Below are positions 24,801-37,100 of a stretch of 64,000 nucleotides of DNA, one piece after another. This stretch comes from Balanoglossus misakiensis (Eukaryota; Animalia; Hemichordata): NCBI GenBank assembly GCA_040954595.2, contig CM082589.2:11234894-11298893 (forward strand), in the 5' to 3' direction. The notes below the pieces were generated by a model. It searched no databases, was not told the DNA's origin, and saw only the letters and a program-made list of their open reading frames with translations. The first letter of the stretch is position 1, and each line of letters begins with the position of its first letter. A program made the translations under genes and the position numbers.

Positions 24801-27800
24801 ATGGCGTGCACATCTCGAAGTAGAAGTCCAGGAGCCAGCAAAACCTTTTCAGGAGATTCCTCTTGTGAACTCCTGTTTGACGAATCAACTGACAGTGGAA
24901 GTTCAGGAGCCAGTGAATTTTTTTCAGGAGATTCCTCTTGTGAACTCCTGTTTGACGAATCAACTGACAGTGGTACCTTGCCAGATTCTGACGGTGAGTC
25001 CATCGGTAATGATGACAGCATTTCAGTTGACCTGCCAGTGCCACGCGATTTTGACCCAGAGAACGTTGACAGAAGTAAGGGTCGTGATGAGTGCCCCGGG
25101 TCAGATCAAGACGACACAACAGAAATTGTATACGATGATTATAGTTCTGACAGCGATGACGAGTCATCGGCTAGCAGTAGCAATAGCTACCTGGTAGGGA
25201 ACGAAGAGTTCGGCGTCGAGCAACCGACCCACAGGCGTCCGACGATGTCATCCTCTACACCGGCAAAGAAGAAACGACGTATTGGTGAAGTGGTTCGAAA
25301 CCCAGCCGAGGTTCTGATGAAATGTTGCTGCGAAGACCTGTGTCTTAGAAACGTTACAGTGAACGACATTATAGCCTGTGATCGAAGAATGAAAAACATG
25401 AACGAGTGTAGACAAAAACAATGGATACTTTCATGTATCCGCGATAATTCATATAAGCGGTTCATAAAATCGAAACCTGTGGTAGAAGTGAACCTAAGGA
25501 TCGCCGGAAGAAGTATTTGTCGTTTAGCCTGGCAAATTGCCCACAACGTTTCTGACTATCGTTTTGAAGAATGCATAAAGCTTTTTCGGGATGATGTTCA
25601 CTCTGTGAGACACGGCAACGAAGGTCGAAAACTCATGCGAGACAAAACGTCGGCTGCAATAGCATGGATGCGGTTTTATTTTGAACGAATGGGCGATTAC
25701 ATGCCGAACAACGCAGGCAAAGTCATTCTACCGTGTTCGTGGACAAAGTTGATGGTGTATGAAAGGATGAAGACGGAATTCGTGGAGAGATGTTTACCAA
25801 AAGAAGCTATCATCTGCTATGATTACTTTTGTAAAGTGTGGAAATTGCATCTCTGTGAGTTCGTTATAGGAAAGGTAAGTACTGTTCTGCAGCATGTAAA
25901 TTGTAGTTGCAATGATTGTGGTGGTGGTCAGTGGACGCTGCTTGACGTCCGCACAGACAGTGTCGTCAACCGAGTAGTACTCGCTATTTGCTGCCTAAGG
26001 CTGTATTTTATGACGATAAATGTCTCTTGTTCTAAATGAAAGTGTAACTTTTTTTATGTAGACCCACTGCGCCATTCTTTCTTCATATTGTTACAGTAAT
26101 TTTCTTGTTTTTATTTCTGTCTCAGGGACATGAGTTTGTTTGCTGTGATACATGTGTTCAACTCGATGAACAGTATGCCAAAGCGAAGACAGAGTATGAG
26201 AGAAATCAGATAAAGGCACTGGTTGCTCGTCATTTAAGCCAAGTTGAGTAAGTATCTTCAGAATATAATTCCTATCAAATACAATTTTAAAAAAGAACAA
26301 CAAGTCGTTCAACTTATAAGGGTAATTATTTTGTTATATCAACATATTGCATTGCCATAAATTTTGATGTATTATCCACACCATATACTGTTCTAGTCCA
26401 TGTAGCTTGTTAAAATGACTTTTCCCTATTTATTTGTTATAGGAATGAGCGCAAACGCTTCCACTATCACCGAGAGAAAGCTGAGAAGGAGCCGGATGAA
26501 ATAATGGCAATAATACAAGATGGAATGGATCAAAACAAGACTGATTTACCTCATCTTGTTAAAGAGGACAAGGCTACATCAAATTTATGGAGATTGAGAA
26601 CGCATGTCACAGGTACCATTTACATGTAATAGTCAAATAGTTTTATCTACATTCAGTGAATTATTTATATCGAATGACAACACATACTGTGGATGAGGTG
26701 TGTTACAGTTAGTGAAATTCTGTCTAAGTGGGATTGTACCCCAAATGACGCATTCCCAGATGAAACACATGCGCTATTGTTTATAAAATATTATATTTTT
26801 CTTTACACAGGTGACATTCTCCATACTGGAGTTGCCAGTGGAAAGATCCCGTATGTTTTTATTGATGTCAACGAAATTCCACACGACAGCAACTTGACTC
26901 TAAATATTCTGTTGGAGGTATTGGTTGCTGCCAAAGACAGACTGGCGAAGGCATTATACTTGCAACTAGATAACTGTTTTCGGGAAAACAAGAACCGTTA
27001 TCTTCTCAGTTTAATGGCCTTGATGGTCCAGCTGGAGATCTTTGATGAAGTAAGTATACACCTGTTTTATTATTACAATATGTTTTGACACAAACCAGCT
27101 GAACACAGAAACAAACTTTGGTTGTCTGATAGTTAATTTACAGGCGTTGCATGTAATTTCAGGTGACATGGTATTTAATAGTACATGTATATATAGGTTT
27201 ATTTACAACGTGCACAATCACAGTTTCTGTGGTGCAACCAAATTGATGAAAATATGGAGTAGATAGTCGACTTATTGCAGCTTTACAAATATTTTTATTA
27301 CACATCTATGTGAATTTTCTGCCGGTGGGTCATACACATGAAAACGTTGACCAAATGTTTTCAAAAATATCTGCGGGGTTGAAGAGAGCCAATGCCTACA
27401 CACTGGAAGGTGAGTCTAGGTTTGAATGTCTGAGTACAGATAAGGTGTGTGTGATAGACCTCTACACGTTTGCTACTTATTCTTATATTTTTAATATTGT
27501 CGAAACACTACCTTGTTGACTGTAATTGCCAATATTTAACCCCTTCCACAAAATACTCTGCCCATTCAAGTATTTATTGCTGTTAAATCCCAAGAGTGGA
27601 ATCAAATGTTTCAGAATATGTGATCAACTTTGCATTAAAAATCTGATGTTAAGGGGTTAACAGCACTATTATAAATAGAACTTTACATTCAGTAGTAAAT
27701 CAGTGCTTGTAAGTTGTAAAATTATATCCTGAAATTGGAAAATGGAAGACACTCTTCTGTACATACATGTATATCCTCTTTCAGATCTGATGACAATAAT

Positions 27801-29702
27801 CGCCAGCAGCTACACACCTACCATCAATGTCAAGCTACTGAAGAGCACCTTGAATATTAAAGAATGGTTGATTCCGCATATACATACAAGATTCTCTGGC
27901 CACTCACGTCCACACAATTTCCGTTTCCGAAAAGTAGATGGCAAGGCGTATATGAACTACAGGGAATGGTCGACTGACGCATGGCAGCCACTGAATAAGG
28001 ATGGTGCTGATTCACCAGGTCTTCTTTGCCTTAAGGTATGTGTCACACACGCATCACATGAGTAGGCTATTTTCATGACCTGCACATGACATTCGATCCT
28101 TTATTGTACAACAATGTACTTCCATTGGTATGAATTCATTCAGTCTGCTAAATAATAATACAATGAAGAACGAACTGAATTACCAAGGTGTACATGGAAA
28201 TGTCCTATTGCCATAGACCATTTGCTCTGTGCTGAATAACGTAATATTGTGTGACCATTGTATTTCTTACAGACTATCCCTGACATCAATGTGCCACCAC
28301 AGTGGGTTGTTCCCAGTTTATTGAAGCTGGATGTGGATAACCTTACCAGAAGTTTACCAAATGGGTTTAGGCACAGAATGCCTAGTCAAGCAGTTGAAAA
28401 CTAGAAAGAGTTCATGGCCAACATTAAAGACCTCGAGAAGGTAAATAATTTAACTGAATCCTTGTTGTGGTAACTTTTTCTCAAATATTTTTTCCTAGAC
28501 TGATAGGAAGAGGGTTTAAATGCAATTTTCACTCAAAGTTTGTGCCCCTGAGTGGTATTATCATTGATCACATCAGATATAAATCAACATTATATTCCGA
28601 AGTTTTATGTTTCAGATTAAATAAAACCATTCTCACATTTATACATCCAGGTTCCTCCTACCACTCCTCAAGAATGGCACCTTCACATTTTGAAGGAGGC
28701 AGCAGAAAGAAGGAGACAAGGCAGAGCACATGCGATGGAATGTATTCCTGATAATATCAAGAAGATAAGGGATAAATTGACTGTCCCATGCCCTCCAGTA
28801 AGTGTAAAATTGAAGTGCACTTTTTTTCTTGAAAGTTTGTTAATTGATATCTCTGTTTGCTGGTGCTTGCAATGTGAACTTGTATACACAGTACAATGTG
28901 TGTTCGTACTGTCTTGAAATTCTGAAGAATCTGTACAGAATCAAACATTTGTTTTTATAGGTAATAATAGGAGCCCAGGGTAGGGAAGTGCCAGCTCCAG
29001 TTCAGGAAATGGAGGATTTCAGCTCAGTGACGAGTGGAATGCTTGTGGCAGTATGGGCACCAGACAACGATGCCAGGCCCCAACTCGCAAAAGTTCTCGA
29101 TAGAGGGAAGGGAATGCTGAAAATACATTGGCTTGTGGGGAACTATAATGGCGCATGGAAGGAGGCATACCATGGCGTGGGAGCCCGAAGGACAGCATGG
29201 CTGGATGATATTCCAGTGCAGTCTTGTATTTTGTGGGACTTTGCTTTCACAAAGAGGAACCACCTTAAGAAGGCAACAGTGGACGAATTAAAAAAGAAAT
29301 ATTTCGAACTTGACACAATAAGGTAAGACCCCCTCTTTGCATTCACATAAATTTAATGTATTTGTTTTGTTTCCTCTGTTTATACATCACTCTTTATTAG
29401 GATACTCTGCCATATGGAGATGATGTCAAAACAGGTCATCTTGTATGTTTGATGCATTTTTCTTATTAATATACTGGTTTTTGCTTTATAAAATAGATTG
29501 AACAATACAGTTGCAGAGGAGTTATGGTGTGTTGTGAAGAATTGATGAAAATTACAAAAGCATATATGCTTACTTATTTGAAGAAATGAATTTGTGCTAG
29601 GGTTTTAGCCATGTTTATTGAAGTTTTCATAATTACTTCCTGTTATTTACAATTTGCAGTGATGATGACGATAGTGATGGTGCTGCGAACAGCCAGATGT
29701 GA
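24801..29702 (+). pseudogene. Sola-like (DUF7869-type) DDD transposase, ~890 codons, 10 exons, damaged
   Basis: Exons: 24801-25874, 26126-26247, 26443-26612, 26811-27049, 27304-27409, 27785-28035, 28273-28440, 28651-28797, 28961-29322, 29660-29702. Motifs: CCDTC..H, IIQDGMDQNKTDLP, HVTG, LYLQLDNCFRENKN, FLPVGHTHENVDQMFS. Lesions: CAC instead of CAG acceptor at 27301-27303, and an in-frame TAG at 28402-28404. Confidence 0.85.
27540..27656. mobile_element. Small TTAA-flanked MITE (piggyBac-like ends) in a transposase intron
   Basis: TTAA|CCCCTT ... AAGGGG|TTAA. Confidence 0.5.
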
Positions 29703-30033
29703 AGACCCTCCAGGGCTGACTGAATGAAGTCTCTTGTTATTTGTTTGTACAGACAATTTTTGATCAAAAATAATGATCTCTAGCACCGTTTGTAAGACTG
29801 CCATGCCACAAAACAGTTTATTTGGCCCTTTCCTTAATATATTTTTTACATTTCATATTTATATGTGGCTGCTTCCCAATGTCACCCCTGTTTTTTATTC
29901 TGGTGTATATCTAATTCTGTGCAATCCTCAAATGGGACCGCAGTGCCCTTGATGCTATTGTTGTAAATAAAGGCATTACAGTAAACAAATGAGAAGTTGT
30001 TTGTTAGTTCATATTGTCTTGGCTCCTTCCTCA

Positions 30034-30590
30034 CTGAGTTTCGGGACATGTCTGGCCACTCAGCTTGCTGAGTTTCCGGACATGTCCGGCCACTCAATGG
30101 GCTGAATTTCCGGACATGTCCGGCCACTCAGCTTGCTGAGTTTCCGGACATGTCCGGCCACTCAATGGGCTGAATTTCCGGACATGTCCGGCCACTCAGC
30201 TTGCTGAGTTTCCGGACATGTCCGGCCACTCAATGGGCTGAGTTTCAAGACATGTCCGGCCACTCAGCTTGCTGAGTTTCCGGACATGTCCGGCCACTCA
30301 ATGGGCTGAATTTCCGGACATGTCCGGCCACTCAGCTTGCTGAGTTTCCGGACATGTCCGGCCACTCAATGGGCTGAATTTCCGGACATGTCCGGCCACT
30401 CAGCTTGCTGAGTTTCCGGACATGTCCGGCCACTCAATGGGCTGAATTTCCGGACATGTCCGGCCACTCAGCTTGCTGAGTTTCCGGACATGTCCGGCCT
30501 CTCAGCAAGCTGAGTTTCCAGTGAGTTGAACGGCTGGACATGTCTTGAAACTCAGCCCGTTGAGTGGCCGGACATGTCCGGAAACTCAGG
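30034..30590 (-). repeat. Right subterminal tandem array, 34-bp unit alternating as a 68-bp dimer, ~14 copies plus 2 inverted copies
   Basis: Units ctga(g/a)tttccggacatgtccggccactca(gcttg/atggg). The reverse complement tgagtggccggacatgtccggaaactcag resembles the left-array unit. Orientation flips after ~30520. Confidence 0.95.
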
Positions 30591-31186
30591 CAGCTTGGTA
30601 ATGACATTACTTTGACTGGTAGGGCATATTTTTATACAAAAGTTTATATTCTATTGATATATTCATTTTTTCACATTGAAAATTGCAAAATATTTGAATG
30701 CCGTAATTTTTTTTTTATTTTAAGTGCAATAAGCAAAAATATGTATTACTTTTTGGTGCTTACATTATTTCTTCAGAATTTTCTCAGATTGAGATTAGAA
30801 AAACAAAATCCCATAAATTATTGCAGTAAAGAGGCAAAAAATAAAATTATTAAATAAATATAGTTTTTTCTGTGGTAATAATGAGAAATAGTCTGTTTTT
30901 CGGAAACTGGGAAATGTTTTCTATACTGTTCAACATACTTTAAAGATGATTATTTATGATCATTTCATTCAGATGTTGCTAAGAGTGTAATAATAAAGAT
31001 CTGTTTCACTCCAACCAATTTAATGTGCGCTTATCACAGTACTGTCGTCTGACAAAGCATAACTATTATTGTTATCATTTATGGGATTATACCAAGCTTA
31101 TCACAGTACTGTGTCAACTCACAAAATGAAAACCATTCTAGTTATCATTTGAATTATACCATACATGTACACACAGAGATGGCACA

Positions 31187-34100
31187 TTAGAAGTATCTGT
31201 CTCCGTGACTCTCATGAAATAGTTCATTTCTACTCTTAAGAGGCCTTGGTCTCCATTCCTCACTTCCACTGGCACTACCACTGTCGCCACTATACATGGG
31301 ATTGTAGTGATAGATTTCTCTGAAGGCTTCCTCATCTTCCACACTTTTCCCTGCCTTGCTATCAACATCATCTGTATCATCAAACCAATGGATATCCATA
31401 GTTGCCTCTTGTTCTTCCCAGCCTGGATGTTTCTTTCCTCCAAGAGCACACCTGAATGTCAAATAGTTGAACATCATCAATGTGGGATTTGTTGTGATGT
31501 TGTTACTACTGTAGAATAACGCAGGTGGTTGTTGGACACTTTGCGGTCTGGTCGCGTGACTTTGCCTTGTTAGCCGCCATGCATGTTGAACGCAAATTAT
31601 ACCATGATGCACTGCAGTTACCCTATACGCGAATAGGTCTATGCATGAACTCTTTGAATAAATTTGCTTCCACGATACAGATGTGATTATTTTTCACGTT
31701 GCCTCATGCATGTATGGAAAGATACAGGTAAATTCCCAGTTTTCTGATGGGCAACATTTCTACAGCTGTCTCGATTCTACTCTGGTAGTACTAAATAACT
31801 TACCGTTGGTACATGAGTAACATTATTACACCAAGCACTAACACAGCCGCTAAACCTCCCGCAACACCACCAATGATGACAGCTGTGTCAACGGAGGAAT
31901 CTGTAAGAGTTTAAATATTTCTATTTGTCACGGGGGCGATATGCTACGATAAAAGCAAGACAACCATTCATTATGATGCTTAACTATTGTAAAATGGTTA
32001 GTTGACCAAAAATCTAGTTATACTGCAGATGTTGCAGTTTCACCATTTTCACAAATATTTTCAAGACAACGTAAACTGTAATCATGTAGATCAAACAAAT
32101 GTGTAAACTTTAGTGAATATTGTTTTTCAATCTTGAGTTATTAAAAGACAAAGAAATGTATACACACCTTTAACTTGCATTGGTATTCTCTGGCGGCAAG
32201 TTTCACCTTGATATTCATCAGTACATTCACAAACAGGATTGCCATCACTGTCCTTGATGCAAACAGCATTGTTTGAGCAGAACCCTTCACATTTATCTAG
32301 ACACAAGAATAAAATCACATCACATTATTCTACCTGACGAACCATTTGTATTAGACAAGAACTAAACCCACTTGCAGATTCATTTCTTACAAACGGAATG
32401 GAAGTTGTGTGCTGTCGAACGTTGATTCACTATATATCCACATGTACCGGGTGAATAACATAAACAGTGTCTTGTATCAAACATAATTAATGGAAAAAGG
32501 GCAGCAAGAGAGATACTAAATCAACAGTAGTTTCTACGTTTTAGCTGTACATATTTCTGTTGACATTTCAGTTGTAGATAGTTACATACCTGTACAAGTT
32601 ATTCCATCACCAGTGAAACCAGTTTTGCAAGTGCATTCATATCCTGGTACAAGATTCCTGCAAGTGACATTTGGGTGACAGTCATCCAGACCAAGACGAC
32701 ATTCATGTGCATCTAGAAAACAAAAATTCTTGCAATGTCTTTAACTGACCACCAAATAAAACTATGGGATCTTCATACATATCACCAGTTAAAGGTATAC
32801 GGTCACCTATGGAAAATTAGCTATAGTTACCATGGCAAAAGGAGATCTAGCCAATCACAGATTTTCAGTGGGTGGCACATGCAAAAAAGAGCGCCACCAT
32901 ATGTTCTTTAGAACTCTCATATACTCCATTTCAGCCATATATGGGCGTTTGTAAATTGGAGGTGACTGTATACCTTTAAGTTAGATGACTACCCAGATGC
33001 AGTGCATGGTTATCACATTCCATAGCCTAACATGTAGAATTCTGAGAAAACAGTATTACAATATTGTTATTTCCGTGAAATTTTCAGAAAAGGTGTTAAA
33101 AGAGGAGCATTATTAAATTATATAAAAATATTGGATCACACAACATATCAAATGATACTCTAAATAAAGAAGAAAATTTCTTATAATGAAGTGTTTGTGT
33201 CAGATTGAACAGTTAAGGTTGATCTCCACAAGCACTTCATGCATGTTATCAGTTCTATGATTATGAAAAATTTATTCCTACCATCACATTCTGTTTCATA
33301 TAGGGCACCCTCTCTGCCTGTAGTGTAGCCAGTTGGGCATGGTTGACAAGCATCCTGGTTGAATTCAAAGTTATATGTTCCAACAGGGCATTTCTCACAT
33401 CTATAGGACTCCTGATTCAAGTACCAACCAACATTGCAGTAAGCTGTTGATGGAATGGAAAAAGAGCATAGAATAAAATTGGAGGACTATCATTATTTTG
33501 AACAACTGAGGCACAATAATACAACCTTCAGTTCAGTACAGTTGAGATACAACATGAAAAGTTGTATACATAATACTTACAAACATTACAATCTTCACTT
33601 AAGGTTGAACCGACTGTTCTTGTGGTGAAGCCAAATGGGCACGGCATACAAGATGGCTGAAGTTCAGCATTTGATCGATAGGTTCCCATGGGACACGACT
33701 CACAAGACCCATTGACACTAAGTTGGACTCCCACTGATTTACATACCTCTGTAATTGAGAAGATTAATTTTTTGATATTCACGATTATCTGCTTTTCACT
33801 CACGTGAATTTGTTAAACTGTTGAATATGTTACATATCTGGCGGTTCTAAAGTAAAAACCTACTCGGAAAAAAGTTTACTGGATGCCGAAATATTGCTTG
33901 CCTGTCACTTACAAATGATAACGCCATGGGTACGTCACATGGCCAGATCATGTGATTGATAGTCAAGAATAGCAAATAACACAAGTACCTACCCTGACAT
34001 TGTGACTCATCAGTAGCTCCTTCAACTAATGTAAGCATTCCCTTTGGGCAAGTATTACACACAAACTTTCCTTCTTCTGATTGCCAGAATCCAATGGGGC

Positions 34101-37100
34101 AGCTTTGGCACTGAGAAGTCCCGTTGTCAAAGTAGTGACCAACATCGCACCTCTCTGCAATAGACATCATTGTTGAAAAATTATTTTTTCAACCAAAGAG
34201 ATGAACATTCCAATTGTCATTCTTTCCATATTGGATCACACCACAATAATTTGATATATACGTCACAATTCCCGGCAAGGGGTATGGGGTTTTATCGGGC
34301 CAGTGGCATGAGTGAGGCTAGACGCTAGTTTTGGAATACGGCTAGATACTAGGCTATGGCTGTGGACGAGGAGGAGATATTGCCTTCTGTTATACATACC
34401 AAAACACTGCAAGATGGATAATGATCTCTTTCCCCTGGTGACTCCATTATTTGGACAGGCATTGCATGCTGTTTGTCCTTCAAGGGGTTGATAATATCCA
34501 ATTGCACAAGGATGGCACTGACTCAGCTCAGTGTCATGGTACGACCCTTCAGGACACAATACTGTGGAAATACAAAATGTTGAAGGCAGATGTATACATT
34601 GTTCATGTACTGATCATTATGCATTAATGGTTTAAAACACAACTACAATTGTAACACACAGCATTCATTTTGGCCAGTTTTTCACTCTTGTGTCTACAAG
34701 TGGGATTGCAGTTGTGTGTGGTTGAATGTTGATTCACTATATATCCACATGTAGAATAACATTAACTGTGTCTTCTATCAAACATAATTAATGGAAAAAG
34801 GGCAGCGAGAAAGAGACTTTGTCCCTCCTTGGTATGAGCATATCAAATCAATTATTTCCTTATATCACCTCTTGGTTGGGTTGTATTTACCACTCACACT
34901 TGTCTTTAATTTGTACACTGCGACTCACAACCACACTCGCAGCAATACGGCCCACCTAACAGGTCATATCAGGCGATATAAACATATTAACATCTACACC
35001 TTTTTATAATATTAATTTTGGACACAGTTTTAATCCTTTCACCACCATGGTTCAGTCCAAACCAATTGTTTTCTATGGTAAGGTTTGACCTCTATAGAGG
35101 AAACTGGGAGTGAAAGGGTTAAAGTACATAACAACTGAGGAGTATAGGCACTCACCACATTCTTCTCCAACAAGAACACTACCATTGGAACAGAATATTG
35201 TACTTTCAACTTGTAATGTCTCAGCGTCGACCGAATATTCAGCTGTATCAAAAGGACCATTCTTGACTGCATCTTCAATAACTACAGCTGCAGCATCAGC
35301 AGAGCTAATGGATAAAACAACAGGCAAAAAATTCTTACATATGCCACATTACAATACCAACCAGAAGTGTGTACTGTAAACTGAATTGTTTTCACGACAG
35401 GAAATTTTCGCGATATTAAAAGAGGCGACTGTTACGTGAGGACGAATTTTCGAGTTCTCGTATTTCACTAACTGCATCATTATCTCCAAAAACATTTTAC
35501 ACAACTTTTTATTTTAACGTTTTTTTGACCAGCACATGTTTTGCAGAAATTTACTGCTCGCGAAAATAACACGTTTTGCAGTATATTTCGAATGCATGAA
35601 TCTTTAGAATACAGGATGCCGCAACATGAAGGAAGGTGGGCAGAAATGATGGGGTTGCCAAAAACTGAAAATGTTTGAGTGTTAAGACACAAAATAATTT
35701 GTTTTCACTTGCATGAATGGAATATTTTGCAATAATGCAAACACCAGCTGTATAGGGAATACAGAGCTGGTCCTCACACAGCCTGGGATCAGTACCCTAG
35801 ACATGTCACCAAAGTCATTTCAATAGAACAGAAGGGGAATGAAATACTCGAAAAATAACAATTACTACTCACGCATTGGTTGTGAAACTGAACTGAACCA
35901 CAAGCTGAGTATCAGCCTGTCTCTTTCTTCGGTTTGAGGCGCCGCAGGTTATTTCAAGGTCATCAAAGTTGCATTCACCGCCACAAATACCAAACAAATC
36001 ATTCAGATAGTTGATAGTGTTCATAAAACTGATCCTCAATTGCTGGATGACACCATTGTTACATGTACCAGCCTGTGAATTGTATGACACGCCACAATTC
36101 ACTCCACGTTGAGTCTTCCCAGGAGCTGCAGTAGAACAATACAAACAAACAAATTTTGTTAAAGATGCAATTTTCAATCTAGCGAACGATGTATTGACTT
36201 AGACTGCGAAACCGCTTAGCCAATCAGGAAAGTTACAGCTGCTTACCCAGAACAAAATATTAAGAAAATAGCTCAAATGTACTGGAGCTTTATATTGGGG
36301 TAAGCAGATATGATGTTAACAAATTATCTACCTGTAATCACAACCTTGACATACTGTAAAGCAAGAATTTGCATTACTCATATTTCTCTTTTCATTTATA
36401 ACTAAAAGAAAATTGTCTCAATGCTGGAATACCCCCTCTCACAACTCTCTCTCTCTTTGGAGAATTTTCTGAATGTGCATGTGCAACCTGATTATATTTC
36501 TTTACTGATACCAAATCATTTTTTTCTCACCTGAACATCCAGGGAAGGTGAATTCCTCGTCTGGATTCTCAGGATTAAAAGATCCTTCACTATGGCAGAG
36601 ATAGTAAGGTGCTGGCAGGCTTGCAAACTTGTATCCTGGTAAACAATCCACCTGACAGGACACACCCGACTCAAACTCATTACAGATGGAAATACCTTTA
36701 ACTGGTGGTGCTGGCTTTTCACAATCAAATGATGTAAAAGAAAGGAGAACACAGTTTATTTGTCTATATATATATTTTTAATTTTATTTCATCTATCATC
36801 CAACAGGCAAATACTACCCAAATGTCTGTGTCTCATATATCATCCAACAGGCAAATACTACCCAAATGTCCAGGTCTAGGTAACGAACCCACAACCCTAG
36901 CCACTAGGGCACAATGCCTCTTTTACCAGGTTCACACAGGGTAAAATTTGAGACACTATTTGCCAGTGCTAACCACAGAGCATTAATCCTTTGAGTCATG
37001 TTGTGTCCACACACACAAAGTTTATGTATGGGCGCTGAGGCTCGGCCCCATAGACAATCTGAGACGTTTCAGGACCACTTACACCGTCCACACATGTTTT

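Larger units (their letters stand above)
12398..30921. mobile_element. ~18.5-kb two-gene cut-and-paste DNA transposon (Sola-like transposase plus ParB-MTase-like cargo)
   Basis: Left end TA|GAAAACATTTTCCAGTTTCCGAAAAA and right end TTTTTCGGAAACTGGGAAATGTTTTC|TA form an inverted pair with 1 mismatch. Related subterminal arrays lie in inverted orientation near both ends, and a DDD transposase gene lies inside. Confidence 0.85.
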
